A stretch of DNA of 64,000 nt from Alphaproteobacteria bacterium (GCA_965227515.1 CBDDFZ010000001.1:2976001-3040000), one strand, 5' to 3'. Positions 29,517 to 39,719 are shown, counted from the first letter of the stretch. The notes: a model not told the origin generated them from the sequence alone. Translations and numbers: made by a program.

Positions 29517-31694
29517 CTAACCAGCCTTCTTCAACGACATGACGTTGGGTGCCAATTCACCGGACGCGTCGCTGTCCTGGGCGGCCGGTTGCCAGTTCTT
29601 GGTCAGGAATTCCTTCGTCACCTGGTGGGACGGAACCGGCTTGCTGAACAGATAGCCCTGGACCGCATCGCAGTTGAGCTGTTCGAGGAACTGGAGCTGG
29701 TCGGTGGTCTCCACACCCTCCGCGACGACCTTCAGGCGCATGTTGTGGGCCATCCCGATAATGGCGCGCACGATGGCGGCATCGTCGGCGTTGGAGGCGA
29801 TGTTGCTGACGAAGGAGCGGTCGATCTTGATGGTGCCGCCGGGGAAGCTGCGCAGGTGCTTCAGCGACGAATAGCCGGTGCCGAAGTCGTCCAGCGCGAT
29901 CTGCATGCCGATCTTGGCGAAGTTGTGCAGCACCGCGCTGGCCCGTCCCGGGTCCTTCAGGATCGAGTTTTCGGTCAGTTCCACTTCCAGGCGGTTGGCA
30001 TCGATGCCCGACCTCTCGATGATCGAGACCACCTGGTTGGTCAGGTCGTGCTCCTGGAACTGGCGGGCGGAGAAGTTGACCGCGAACTTCAGGTCGGTGA
30101 GGGCATCGTCGACCAGGTTCAAACCCTTCTGACACACCTGGTCGAACACCCATTCGCCGATCGGCACGATCAGCCCGGACTCCTCGGCCAGGTGGATGAA
30201 GTTGGTCGGCGACACCACGCCGCGCTGCGGGTGGATCCAGCGCAACAGCGCCTCAAGCCCGCAGATGCGGCCGGTCGCCAGGTCCATCTGCGGCTGGTAC
30301 CAGACCTCGAACTCCTCGCGGTCCAGGGCCCGGCGCAGGCCGTCCTCCAGCTCGCGGTGGCGGGTCGCGGCGACATGCATCGCCATGGTGTAGAACTGGT
30401 AGTTGCCTGGGCCCTTGTCCTTGGCGCGGTACATCGCGGTGTCCGCGCTCTTCAACAGGTCTTCCAGATTGTCGGCGTCGGATGGGTAGATCGACAGCCC
30501 GATGCTGGCATTGACCGTCAGCTCCAGGCCCGAGACGCGCACCGGCTCTTTCAACGCCAGCAGGATGCGGTCGCAGAAATGCGACAGGATGTTGGGGTCG
30601 GAAATGCCTTCCACGACCACCGTGAACTCGTCGCCGCCCAGCCGGGCCACGAGGTCGCTGGCCCGCACGCAGTTGCGCAGGCGCTCGGCCACCGTCACCA
30701 GCAACTGGTCGCCGACATCGTGGCCATGGGTATCGTTGATGATCTTGAACCGGTCGAGGTCCAGGAACAGGATGGCGACCGGCTGATGATTGCGGTCGGC
30801 GCGGGTGATGGTGCGCTGCAAGTAGTCCAGGAACAGGCTGCGGTTGGCAAGCCCGGTCAACTGGTCGAATTGCGCCAGCTCGGTCAGGCGTTGTTCGCCG
30901 CGGTGCCGCTCGATGGCATAGCGGATGGCGCGGTCCAGCAGCGGCGCGGAGATCTCGCTCTTGACCAGGAAGTCGGCGGCGCCGGCGCGCATCGCCTCGA
31001 TATCGATCTCGCGGTTGCCCTGGCCGGTCAGCAGGATGATCGGGGCCGTGCAGCCGCGTGACGTGGCCTCCTCGACGAGGTCGAGCCCGTTCCAGGCGCC
31101 AAGCCGGTAGTCCAACAGGTAGATATCGTGCTCCTGGGCGTTGAACGCGGCCATCGCGTCTTCCCAGGTGCGCACCCAATCCAGCTCGAAATCGGCGCCG
31201 TGGACCTCGGCCAGCATGTCCTGTGTCAGGATGTAGTCGTCCTCGTCGTCCTCGATCAGCAGGACGCGGGGCAATGATCCGGCATTGTCGGAACTGCGGC
31301 GCGACTGGTTGCTGGCGTGCTTGATCGCATAGCGGATCGAGCGCTCCACCAGCGCCGCGTTGAGGCATCGCTTGTCCAGGTAGTCGGCGGCACCGGCTTG
31401 CATCGCCGCCAGGTCGACGTCGCGGTTGCCGTGGCCGGTCAGCAGAATGATCGGGGTGGTGACGCCGCTCTGCGTGGCCTCCATGACCAGTTCGACACCA
31501 CTGCGCTCACCCAGGCAGTAGTCGAGCAAACAGACGTCAAACGACTGTTCGCACAGCAGGGCGCGTGCCTGGCCCCAGTCCTTTTCCCAAGTGATCGTGA
31601 CGTTTTCGTCGAACGCCGACGCCAGCAACTCGCCGGCGAGGACGTAGTCGTCCTCATCGTCCTCGACCAGCAGCACGTTTAGTGGTTGGCCCAT
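29517..31694 (-). CDS. REC-REC-GGDEF-EAL diguanylate cyclase/phosphodiesterase
   Basis: Two LLVEDDEDD receivers; RASD I-site, RLGGDEF; EALLRW; LDDFGTGYSSL. Confidence 0.95.
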   Translation of the reverse strand: MGQPLNVLLVEDDEDDYVLAGELLASAFDENVTITWEKDWGQARALLCEQSFDVCLLDYCLGERSGVELVMEATQSGVTTPIILLTGHGNRDVDLAAMQAGAADYLDKRCLNAALVERSIRYAIKHASNQSRRSSDNAGSLPRVLLIEDDEDDYILTQDMLAEVHGADFELDWVRTWEDAMAAFNAQEHDIYLLDYRLGAWNGLDLVEEATSRGCTAPIILLTGQGNREIDIEAMRAGAADFLVKSEISAPLLDRAIRYAIERHRGEQRLTELAQFDQLTGLANRSLFLDYLQRTITRADRNHQPVAILFLDLDRFKIINDTHGHDVGDQLLVTVAERLRNCVRASDLVARLGGDEFTVVVEGISDPNILSHFCDRILLALKEPVRVSGLELTVNASIGLSIYPSDADNLEDLLKSADTAMYRAKDKGPGNYQFYTMAMHVAATRHRELEDGLRRALDREEFEVWYQPQMDLATGRICGLEALLRWIHPQRGVVSPTNFIHLAEESGLIVPIGEWVFDQVCQKGLNLVDDALTDLKFAVNFSARQFQEHDLTNQVVSIIERSGIDANRLEVELTENSILKDPGRASAVLHNFAKIGMQIALDDFGTGYSSLKHLRSFPGGTIKIDRSFVSNIASNADDAAIVRAIIGMAHNMRLKVVAEGVETTDQLQFLEQLNCDAVQGYLFSKPVPSHQVTKEFLTKNWQPAAQDSDASGELAPNVMSLKKAG

Positions 31695-31739
31695 CTTGAT
31701 CGTCGGCTCGTTGTTGACGCGATGGCGCGTGGGGAAGTG

Positions 31740-32240
31740 CTATTCAGCGGCAGAGGCATGCCGCTGTGCGCCGACCGAAGGATTGATGGCGCATTCGGGC
31801 GGCAGGGCGACGATCTCGATCCAGTAGTTGCAGAGGATGCTGACGATATCGACCAGGCCCTCGAACGTGACCGGCTTGGTGATGAATGAGTTCACGCCCA
31901 TGCCATACGTCCGCACGATGTCTTCCTCGGCCTGCGAGGTGGTCAGCACCACGACGGGAATGCGCTGCAATTCCGGATCGCTTTTCATGCGCTGCAGGGC
32001 CTCGCGCCCGTCGATCTTCGGCATGTTGAGGTCGAGCAGGATGAGGCCGGGGTAGGGCTCACCGGCTCGGTCGGCGTAAGGGCCCTCGCGATGCAGGTAC
32101 TGCAGCAGTTCCTCGCCGTCCTCGACAAAGTCGATCGGGTTGTTCACGCGCTTCTCGGCGAACGCCTCCTCGATCATCAACCTGTCGTCAATGTCGTCGT
32201 CGGCTACGAGAATGCTGATAGGGCGCGCCGAGCGGGTCAT
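31740..32240 (-). CDS. Single-domain response regulator (Rcp1-like)
   Basis: ILVADDD, LILLDLNMP, IPVVVLTTS, NSFITKP, YW. Confidence 0.93.
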   Translation of the reverse strand: MTRSARPISILVADDDIDDRLMIEEAFAEKRVNNPIDFVEDGEELLQYLHREGPYADRAGEPYPGLILLDLNMPKIDGREALQRMKSDPELQRIPVVVLTTSQAEEDIVRTYGMGVNSFITKPVTFEGLVDIVSILCNYWIEIVALPPECAINPSVGAQRHASAAE

Positions 32241-34417
32241 ATCTCTTTCTCCAATTGGGCCTGCTTTGCGGGCAGTGTGAAATGGAATTTGGAGCCTTCG
32301 CCCGGCGTGCTCTCGGCGGAAATGGTGCCGCCGTGCCGCTCGACGATCTTGCGGCAGGTCGCAAGGCCGATGCCGGTGCCCTCGTATTCATTGCGGCCGT
32401 GCAGCCGCTGGAAGATGGCGAAGATGCGCTCGACATACTTCATGTCGAAACCGATGCCGTTGTCGGTGATGGTGAAGGTGTAGAAGCTGCTGTTTTCCTT
32501 CGGCCGCTCGCAGGTCATCGGCCGGCCCGCCTGATCGTACGCCTGGATGGTGATTTCCGGGCGAACGTCGGGGCGCCGGTATTTCAGCGCGTTCGACAGC
32601 ACGTTCTGGAACAGCATCCGCATCTGCAGCGGGTCGGCGTCCATCTCCGGCAGCGGACCGATCTGCAGGTCGGCTTCGTGCTCCTCGATCGCCACTTGCA
32701 GGTCGCTGACGACTTCCTCGACAATCCGGCCCAGCGACACCGAGGTGAAGGGGCGTGCCTTGGTGGTGACGCGCGAATATGCCAGCAGGTCGTTGATCAA
32801 CACCCGCATCCGGTCGGCCGCATTCAGCATGCGGTCCAGGTACATCTTGGCCTTTTCGTCCAGGCTGTCGCTGGCATTGGTGCGCAGCCGGCCGCCAAAA
32901 GCCTCGATCTTGCGGAGCGGCTCCTGCAAGTCGTGGGACGCCACGAAGGCGAAGTCCTGCAACTCGCGGTTCGAGCGCTCCAGCGCCGTCTCGCGTTCCT
33001 TCAGGTCGGAGACGTCGGTGTGCAACACCACGGTGCTGCCCTCGGCGGTGCGCCGCTCGTTGACCAGGATCCAGCTTCCGTTCGGCAACCGGCGCTCGAC
33101 GCAGAACTGGCCCTGCTCGTGCTGGTGCATGTGCTCGCGGAAGCGCTCCTCCGGATCGTCGTCCTCGTCGTCGGTCGGGTTGTTGGCGATCTCGGCGCGC
33201 ACGACCGATTCGTAGGAGACGCCCTTCTCGACCTGGTTCTGCAGGAACGGATAGAGCTCTAGGAACAGGCTGTTGCAGGTGACCAGCCGGTCGTTCTTGT
33301 CATAGACGACAAGCCCCTGCGGGATGCTCTCGATGATGGTCTCGCGGGTCCGGGCCTCGGCGGAGGCGGCGGCCAGCTCGGCCTCCTTGATCCGCGTCTG
33401 GTCCAGGATGACGCCGTCCCACACCACCGATCCGTCGGACGCGCGATGGGGGCGCGCGATGGCATGGGTGAACTTGCGCTCGCCGGTGCGGGTGATGATG
33501 GTGGCCTCGACGTCCCACATCTGAAGTTCCTGGGACGCGGCCAACAGGCGCTCGCGGAATGTCGAATAGTATTCGGCGCCATGACAATCGAACAACGCCT
33601 GGGGGTCGGCGACGATCTCTTCCGGCGACACGCCGAACAGGTCGTGCGCGGCATCGCTGATGTAGGTGTAGCGGATGTCGCCATCGGGGCGGACGACGCG
33701 GCGGTAGATGACGCCCGGCACGGACTTGGCGAGCGACGAGAACCGCTCGTCTGCGGCGGCCAGTGCCACCTGCTGCTGCTCGACCTGGATGGCGCATTTG
33801 GCCATGTCGAGCAGGGTCGCGAACACGCGCTGGTCGACCGGCGACGGCGCGGTCGCGGTGTCGAAGAAGGCGGCAAGCACGGCAATAATCTGGTTGTCGC
33901 CGTTCTTGATCGGCGCACACCACGCGGCCTTGGGATCGATGGCGCCGAGCCGGCGCGCCAAGGCCTCTAGCTCAAGTTCGCCAGGGACCGTGAACTGTCG
34001 CAGGTTGTGGTCGGACGCGGGGCTGGCGCTTGCCGATGTCCACTGGTCTACGAGGCCCCGGAAGGCGCCGTCCATGGGCGGATCGGTGCGGGACAGCTCT
34101 TCGTCGGCGTGGGTGACGCAATCGTCGGCCTGGACGATCACGCATAGCTGCGCCGGCGTGGTCTGTTCGGCGAGGCGAACCAGGTTGGCCAGCGTGGACA
34201 GCAGGTTCTCGCTGTCAGAGATGCGATCCAGAATCGCGCTCTGGCGCGACAACAGCAGATCCAACCGCTCCAGGTCGGACCTTGGCGCGGCAGGCTCGGA
34301 TTCGGCAATGCCGTGACGCGCCAGCGCCTCGGGCGCGACGACGTCTTGGTCCGAGGCAGTGTTGTCGAGTTTATGAACGGCTGTCTTCATGTGCGTGTTC
34401 GCCCCATTTGAACGCAC
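32237..34417 (-). CDS. Cytoplasmic GAF-PAS-PAS histidine kinase
   Basis: No TM; ASHDLQEPLRK H-box, NALKY, DNGIG, FQRLH, GTGIGLA; start may be 34390. Confidence 0.93.
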   Translation of the reverse strand: MRSNGANTHMKTAVHKLDNTASDQDVVAPEALARHGIAESEPAAPRSDLERLDLLLSRQSAILDRISDSENLLSTLANLVRLAEQTTPAQLCVIVQADDCVTHADEELSRTDPPMDGAFRGLVDQWTSASASPASDHNLRQFTVPGELELEALARRLGAIDPKAAWCAPIKNGDNQIIAVLAAFFDTATAPSPVDQRVFATLLDMAKCAIQVEQQQVALAAADERFSSLAKSVPGVIYRRVVRPDGDIRYTYISDAAHDLFGVSPEEIVADPQALFDCHGAEYYSTFRERLLAASQELQMWDVEATIITRTGERKFTHAIARPHRASDGSVVWDGVILDQTRIKEAELAAASAEARTRETIIESIPQGLVVYDKNDRLVTCNSLFLELYPFLQNQVEKGVSYESVVRAEIANNPTDDEDDDPEERFREHMHQHEQGQFCVERRLPNGSWILVNERRTAEGSTVVLHTDVSDLKERETALERSNRELQDFAFVASHDLQEPLRKIEAFGGRLRTNASDSLDEKAKMYLDRMLNAADRMRVLINDLLAYSRVTTKARPFTSVSLGRIVEEVVSDLQVAIEEHEADLQIGPLPEMDADPLQMRMLFQNVLSNALKYRRPDVRPEITIQAYDQAGRPMTCERPKENSSFYTFTITDNGIGFDMKYVERIFAIFQRLHGRNEYEGTGIGLATCRKIVERHGGTISAESTPGEGSKFHFTLPAKQAQLEKEI

Positions 34418-34507
34418 CGTAAAGGTTTCGCGTCGATGTCTTCAGTGTCGGTTGAGTTAGTGTTTCGGCGCATTGAAGTCGTCTGCGGTGAAGATGCCCT
34501 GCACAGT

Positions 34508-34574
34508 TTAATTTTTCGTTATGTTGTCAATTTCTAGGTGTCGGTAATAAACGCAAAATTAGGCTAAGTTTAAC
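34508..34574. promoter_or_regulatory. Two near-consensus CtrA boxes in divergent promoter
   Basis: TTAA-N7-TTAT (34508-34522) and TTAG-N7-TTAAC (34559-34574). Confidence 0.5.
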
Positions 34575-34624
34575 CCCCGTATTCTAAATGATATGCGTCT
34601 CGTACAGATTGGACCGCAAACGAT

Positions 34625-35842
34625 ATGAGCCTGTACCCAATCGGTGGCGCACTCGCGCACTTCGAGCCTGTTGAGCATGCGGCGGTCAAGCGCCGCACCG
34701 GGCGCGAAGACGTTCTGTTGCAGCAGGTCGAGAGGCTGCTGGCCAAGGCGCGCCTGGCAGTCATCCATGCCGGCAACCGCGAAGAGGATGGCGCTGTCAT
34801 CTTCCAGACGCTGAACACGCGTTCCTGGAAGAGCTATGAGTCCGTGGCCCACGACATTTCGGCGGCGCTGCGCCGGGTTGGCGCGCGCCACGTCACGGTC
34901 ATGCCCGAGGACATGCGCCTGGGCGAGCGCCTGCGCCAGGAATGCACCCATATGGCGTGGCTGAACACCGGCGGCGTGCAGGGCTACGACCCGGTGTGCC
35001 ACGCGCCGGCGATGCTGGAGCTGTTCGGCATTCCCTATATCGGGCACGACCCGCTGGTCGCCAGCACCCTGGACAACAAGCACGCCTTCAAGCGCGAGCT
35101 GCAGGCCTTCGGTCTGCCGACCGCGCGATTCATGACGTGGCACATGCGGCGCGGCGACTTCGACGTGTCGTCCAACGCCCGGTTCCGCGAGGTCTTCAAC
35201 GACTACGAAGGGCCGTTCGTGGTGAAGCCGGTCTCCGGCCGCGCATCGCTGCATGTCCATATGGTGCCTGACCGTCAGGGCCTGGGCGAAGTGGTCGCCG
35301 ACGTCTACGAAAAGACCCACAATCACGTGTTGATCGAAGAGTTCCTGTCCGGGCGCGAGTTCTGCATCGCGGTTGGCGGGCCGGTTCTGTTCCGCGACGG
35401 CACCTGCACCCGGCTGCCCGGGCCGTTCGCGTTCTCGCCGCTGGAGCGGGTGCTGCAGCCGGACGAGGCGATCTTCACATCCATGGATGTGCGCCCGATC
35501 ACCGACGAGCGCTTTCGTGTGCTGCATCCGTCGACCGATGGACCGCTGATCGACGCCCTGTCGCAGCTGGCGTGCGAGGTGTTCGAGGACCTGAATCTCG
35601 AAACCCTGGTCCGCATGGACATCCGCGAGGACGGCAACGGCAAGCTGCACGTCCTGGAAGCCAATCCGAAGCCGGACCTGAAGGCCCCGTCAGCGCAGCA
35701 GACCAACCTGGTCTGCGCCGGTCTGGACCAGGTGGGCATGACCTATGACGACCTCATTCTCTCGATTCTGGCGGACCGCGTCGACCTGCTGTTCGGCCAG
35801 CGCCGCGGCACCGCTCACCATTTGTTAGCCCTGTTGGAATAG
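34625..35842 (+). CDS. ATP-grasp ligase, D-Ala-D-Ala ligase-like but non-canonical
   Basis: LELFGIPYIG, DNKHAFK, FVVKP, LIEEFLSGREF, RMDIR, LEANPKP. Confidence 0.85.
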   Translation: MSLYPIGGALAHFEPVEHAAVKRRTGREDVLLQQVERLLAKARLAVIHAGNREEDGAVIFQTLNTRSWKSYESVAHDISAALRRVGARHVTVMPEDMRLGERLRQECTHMAWLNTGGVQGYDPVCHAPAMLELFGIPYIGHDPLVASTLDNKHAFKRELQAFGLPTARFMTWHMRRGDFDVSSNARFREVFNDYEGPFVVKPVSGRASLHVHMVPDRQGLGEVVADVYEKTHNHVLIEEFLSGREFCIAVGGPVLFRDGTCTRLPGPFAFSPLERVLQPDEAIFTSMDVRPITDERFRVLHPSTDGPLIDALSQLACEVFEDLNLETLVRMDIREDGNGKLHVLEANPKPDLKAPSAQQTNLVCAGLDQVGMTYDDLILSILADRVDLLFGQRRGTAHHLLALLE

Positions 35843-35872
35843 ACCAGAGCGTCGCATCCCGGACCCCACACG

Positions 35873-38296
35873 ATGATCTCGACAGGACAATTCAAACAGC
35901 GTCTCATCGACTCCGCCACGATGTTCGTGGTCTCGGGGGTTTCGCTGTTGCTGCTGATGTACATTGCGTTCGGCGAGGCCCAACGCACCCATCAGCAGTA
36001 CTATGTCGAGAAGCTGGCCGCGCAGGCCAAGGTGATCCAGATCTCGTTGGAGAACTACCTGCGTCCGGGCCTGCCGCTGACCCAGTATGCGGGCTTCACC
36101 ACCAAGGCGGAGCCCATCGTCGCGTCGGACGACTCGATCACCGCGCTGAGCGTATTCACCAGCAACGGCGACGCGCTGTTCAGCGCCGGCGACCTGTCGA
36201 TTCCACTGCTGTTCACGCCGCTGGACCTGGATCGCGACACTCAGCCCGACTACCAGGTCGATTCCAGCGAGACCTACATCCAGGTCGTGCTGCCGCTGCG
36301 CAACCGGTTCGAGACCGTGGGCCACCTCGCCATTACCATGGAACGGGTGGCGGTGACCGACCGGGTAGAGGACATTTTCGGGCCGTTGCTCTATGTCGCG
36401 CTCGGCCTGTCGGTCGCGTTTGCCGTGTTCGTCGCCATCGGCAGTCCGCGGTTCGCCCATGCCCGCTTTCCTTGGCTGCAGGTCGGTTTTTCCTGCACCT
36501 TCATCACCATGGCGGTGTTCGTCGTCGGGACGCTGATCGTTCTGTATTCGGAGGGCACCCAGGCGAAGGCGCGCGCGCTGGCGGACTCGCTGGGGCAGCG
36601 GCTGTCGGACCTGGTCAGCTTCGGCCTGAACCTGGACGAGATCTACGGCCTGGACGACATTTTCAACAACTACCTGCGCCTGAACCCCGACATCAGTGCC
36701 GCCGGCATTGCCGTGGATGGCGCGGTCAAGATCATCGACCAGGACCAGGTCGTCGACGAATGGGTGCCCGGCGGCAGCACATATCACTACATCGTCGACC
36801 TGACCCCGCCGGGCGGCGAGCGCGAGATCAGTGTGTTCGTGGCGCTGCCGGAGGCCGTGGTCTACCGCGAGATCATCCGCAGCGTGAAGAATTTCGCCGC
36901 GCTGTTCATTGCGTCGGCATTCCTGGCCGGTGTGTTCCTGCAGCTCGCGCGATCCATGCAACGCTTGCGCCTGCGCTTCGAGCAAGGCGCGTCACCCGAC
37001 CCGCATGGCGATACCGGCGAGGCGGCGCTGAGCCTGGTCAAGCCCGTGTTCTTCCTGGCCGTGCTCGTGGAGCACCTGACCTATTCGTTCCTGCCGCAGT
37101 ATATCAATGGCATCGTCGAGGAGGCGCAGCTCTCGCCGTCCATCGTGTCTGCGCCGTTCATGCTCTACTACCTGTTCTTCGCGCTGTCGCTGATCCCCGC
37201 CGGGCATTTCGCGCAACGGTCCAGCCCCAAGCCGCTGATGTATGTCGGCCTGCTGCTGTCCGCCGTCGGCCTGGTGATGCTGGCGCTGCCGGGCGACATC
37301 GCGCTGGTCATCCTGGCGCGCGCCATTTCCGGCATCGGCCAGGGCATGCTGTTCATCGGCGTGCAGTCCTACATCCTGACCATGGCCTCGCCCGACCGTA
37401 AGACCCAGGGCGCCGCCATCATCGTGTTCGGCTTCCAGGGCGGCATGATCTCCGGCATGGCGGTCGGCTCGCTGCTGGTCACCTTCATCGGGCCGGAAGC
37501 GGTGTTCGTCGTCGCCGGCGCCATTGCAGCCGCGGTGGCCGTGTATGCGCTGATGATCGTGCCGACGCCGAAGCGTGTGGAGACGGTCACCCAGACCATC
37601 GGCGAGAACGTGCGCCAGATCCTGAGCACCATGATGCAGGTGACGCGCGACATCCAGTTCCTGAAGACCATGTTCCTGATCGGCATTCCGGCGAAGGCCA
37701 TCCTGACCGGCATCATCATCTTCGCGCTGCCGCTGCTGCTGTCCGAACGCGGTTATCCGCAAGAGGACATCGGCCAGATCATCATGGTCTATGCCGCCGG
37801 CGTCATCATCGCCAGCGGGCTGGTCTCGCGGGTCGCGGACCGGCTGGGCAACACCCACATGATCTTGTTCTGGGGCGCGATCATCAGTGGCGTCGGCCTG
37901 GTCGCCGTCGGCTGTATCGGCCTCGACGTCGTCGCCGAGAGCCGCGATGCCAACCTGATCGAGGCCGCACTCCTGATCGGCGGCGTGGCCATCGTCGGCA
38001 TCGCCCACGGCTTCATCAATGCCCCGGTGGTGACCCACGTGGCCGACTCCAGCCTCAGCCAGTCGGTCGGCTCCAGCTCATTGACCGCGACATACCGCTT
38101 CCTGGAACGGATCGGGCATGTCGCCGGACCCATCATTATCGGCCAGTTGTTCGTATTCGCCGGGGCCGATGCCGAGGTGTTGGCCTGGGTCGGCGGCGCG
38201 GTGGCCATCCTCGGTGTCTTGTTCCTGATCGGGGCCGAGCCCGGTCGCGCCTTCGCCGCGCGCATGATGAACACTCCAAAACGGGAGACAGTCTGA
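35873..38296 (+). CDS. MFS transporter with long N-terminal extension (TM-flanked extracytoplasmic domains)
   Basis: C-terminal ~420 aa of 12-TM MFS (ARAISGIGQG, SRVADRLG); N-terminal ~380 aa with 4 TMs and two soluble domains. Confidence 0.85.
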   Translation: MISTGQFKQRLIDSATMFVVSGVSLLLLMYIAFGEAQRTHQQYYVEKLAAQAKVIQISLENYLRPGLPLTQYAGFTTKAEPIVASDDSITALSVFTSNGDALFSAGDLSIPLLFTPLDLDRDTQPDYQVDSSETYIQVVLPLRNRFETVGHLAITMERVAVTDRVEDIFGPLLYVALGLSVAFAVFVAIGSPRFAHARFPWLQVGFSCTFITMAVFVVGTLIVLYSEGTQAKARALADSLGQRLSDLVSFGLNLDEIYGLDDIFNNYLRLNPDISAAGIAVDGAVKIIDQDQVVDEWVPGGSTYHYIVDLTPPGGEREISVFVALPEAVVYREIIRSVKNFAALFIASAFLAGVFLQLARSMQRLRLRFEQGASPDPHGDTGEAALSLVKPVFFLAVLVEHLTYSFLPQYINGIVEEAQLSPSIVSAPFMLYYLFFALSLIPAGHFAQRSSPKPLMYVGLLLSAVGLVMLALPGDIALVILARAISGIGQGMLFIGVQSYILTMASPDRKTQGAAIIVFGFQGGMISGMAVGSLLVTFIGPEAVFVVAGAIAAAVAVYALMIVPTPKRVETVTQTIGENVRQILSTMMQVTRDIQFLKTMFLIGIPAKAILTGIIIFALPLLLSERGYPQEDIGQIIMVYAAGVIIASGLVSRVADRLGNTHMILFWGAIISGVGLVAVGCIGLDVVAESRDANLIEAALLIGGVAIVGIAHGFINAPVVTHVADSSLSQSVGSSSLTATYRFLERIGHVAGPIIIGQLFVFAGADAEVLAWVGGAVAILGVLFLIGAEPGRAFAARMMNTPKRETV

Positions 38297-39504
38297 TGTT
38301 GAAGTGCAGGATCGCACGCAATGCCTTGGCAGGCGCCATCGGCGCTCTTGCGCTAGGCACGGCATGGTTGAACGCGGGGGCCGCTGCGGCCGCCGAGCAT
38401 TATTCCGAATGGTTCTCGTTCGGCGACAGCGCCGAAGTGAACTGGATGACGGTGCCTGTGGAGGGCGACGCCAACCAGGTGGTCATCCAGCGCAAGTACC
38501 TGGAGCCGACCGCCGAGACCGAGCACGTCATGGTGATGTACACCAAGCCGTCGTCGGCCTATGAGGTCGCCATCACCAAGATCCTGGAGATCTTCGAGGC
38601 CAAGGAGCTGAACGTCCAGATCACCGTGGTGAACACCGAGCGCGAGGACGCGCGCGCGGTGGCGGCGCTGGACCAGGCGGCCTCCATGGGCAGCGGCCTG
38701 ATCTTCTCCATGGGCTCCGACGCCACCATCTGGCTGTGGGAGCACTATCGCGGCGGCAGCATTCCGGTGGTCTCGGTCTGCTCCAAGGACCCGGTCGTGC
38801 TGGGCCAGATCGACTCCTATGACGAGGGCACCGGCACCAACTTCGCCTTCACCTCGCTGAACATGCCGATCGAAGTGCAGATGGCCTATGTGCTGGAGCT
38901 GAAGCCGGACCTGAAGAACTTCGCCGTTCTGGTCGACGGGTCCAACATCAGCGCGGTCGAGACCCAGGCCAACCCGATCTCCGAGTTCGCCCGCACCCTG
39001 GGCGTGCAGGTGCTCTACCTGGAGGTCAAGGACTCCAACAACGCACAGGAAGAGCTGGTCGACCTGGTCGGCGGCGCGGTCTCCGCGATGGAGCGCAACG
39101 ACCCGACCCTGGACAACAGCGTGTTCTGGGTCACCGGCTCCACTTCCGTGTTCCGTGAGATCGAGACCATCAATGCCTACTCCGACCGGGTGCCGGTGCT
39201 GAGCGTGGTGCCGGAAGTGGTGCAGGGTGGCCCGGACAGCGCCGTGCTGTCGATTGGCGTCAGCTTCGAGTCCAACGCCCACCTGGCCGCGGTCTATGGC
39301 GCCGACGTGCTGCAGGAGCCGGGCCTGGTCGGCCAGCTGCCGGTCGGCATCGTCTCGCCGCCCGACATCGCCATCAACTTCATGCGCGCCCGCGCCATCG
39401 AGCTGGAGGTGCCGTTCACCTTCTTCGAGAGCGCCAGCACCGTCTACGACAACGAGGGCATGCTGGTGCGCAGCAACGGCGAATCCGTCGTCGAAGTGAA
39501 CTGA
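38296..39504 (+). CDS. Periplasmic solute-binding protein (ABC_sub_bind-like)
   Basis: Signal peptide; LIFSMGSDA, IPVV, LSIGVSF, GQLPV, IAINFMRARAI; TGATG coupling. Confidence 0.8.
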   Translation: MLKCRIARNALAGAIGALALGTAWLNAGAAAAAEHYSEWFSFGDSAEVNWMTVPVEGDANQVVIQRKYLEPTAETEHVMVMYTKPSSAYEVAITKILEIFEAKELNVQITVVNTEREDARAVAALDQAASMGSGLIFSMGSDATIWLWEHYRGGSIPVVSVCSKDPVVLGQIDSYDEGTGTNFAFTSLNMPIEVQMAYVLELKPDLKNFAVLVDGSNISAVETQANPISEFARTLGVQVLYLEVKDSNNAQEELVDLVGGAVSAMERNDPTLDNSVFWVTGSTSVFREIETINAYSDRVPVLSVVPEVVQGGPDSAVLSIGVSFESNAHLAAVYGADVLQEPGLVGQLPVGIVSPPDIAINFMRARAIELEVPFTFFESASTVYDNEGMLVRSNGESVVEVN

Positions 39505-39552
39505 GGTCTCTACCGGCCCTCACCGGGGCCGCATAACCTCAAGCCTGTTCTG

Positions 39553-39588
39553 AGGGGCAATCGCCATCGCGCGGTTGCCCCTTTTTTC
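39553..39588 (+). terminator. Rho-independent terminator
   Basis: AGGGGCAATCGC..GCGGTTGCCCCT followed by TTTTT. Confidence 0.8.
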
Positions 39589-39719
39589 TGAGCCGGGTGC
39601 GTTCCGCATGCATGGACGGCCGACGCTGCCCCCGACACGCGCATGTGACGCCGGCCGGCATTGGCGCGCGCCCCCACGGGCCCTACATTCCCTCCGAGAA
39701 CGAGAACCGGGAGCGTGCC

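Noticed and set aside
32237-34417. Bacteriophytochrome
   Set aside because: The kinase core and receiver are of that class, but no PASDIP or PRxSF photosensory motifs are present
34625-35842. Housekeeping ddl
   Set aside because: Lacks the GGxSxE, HGxxGEDG and NTxPG motifs, and there is no cell-wall gene context
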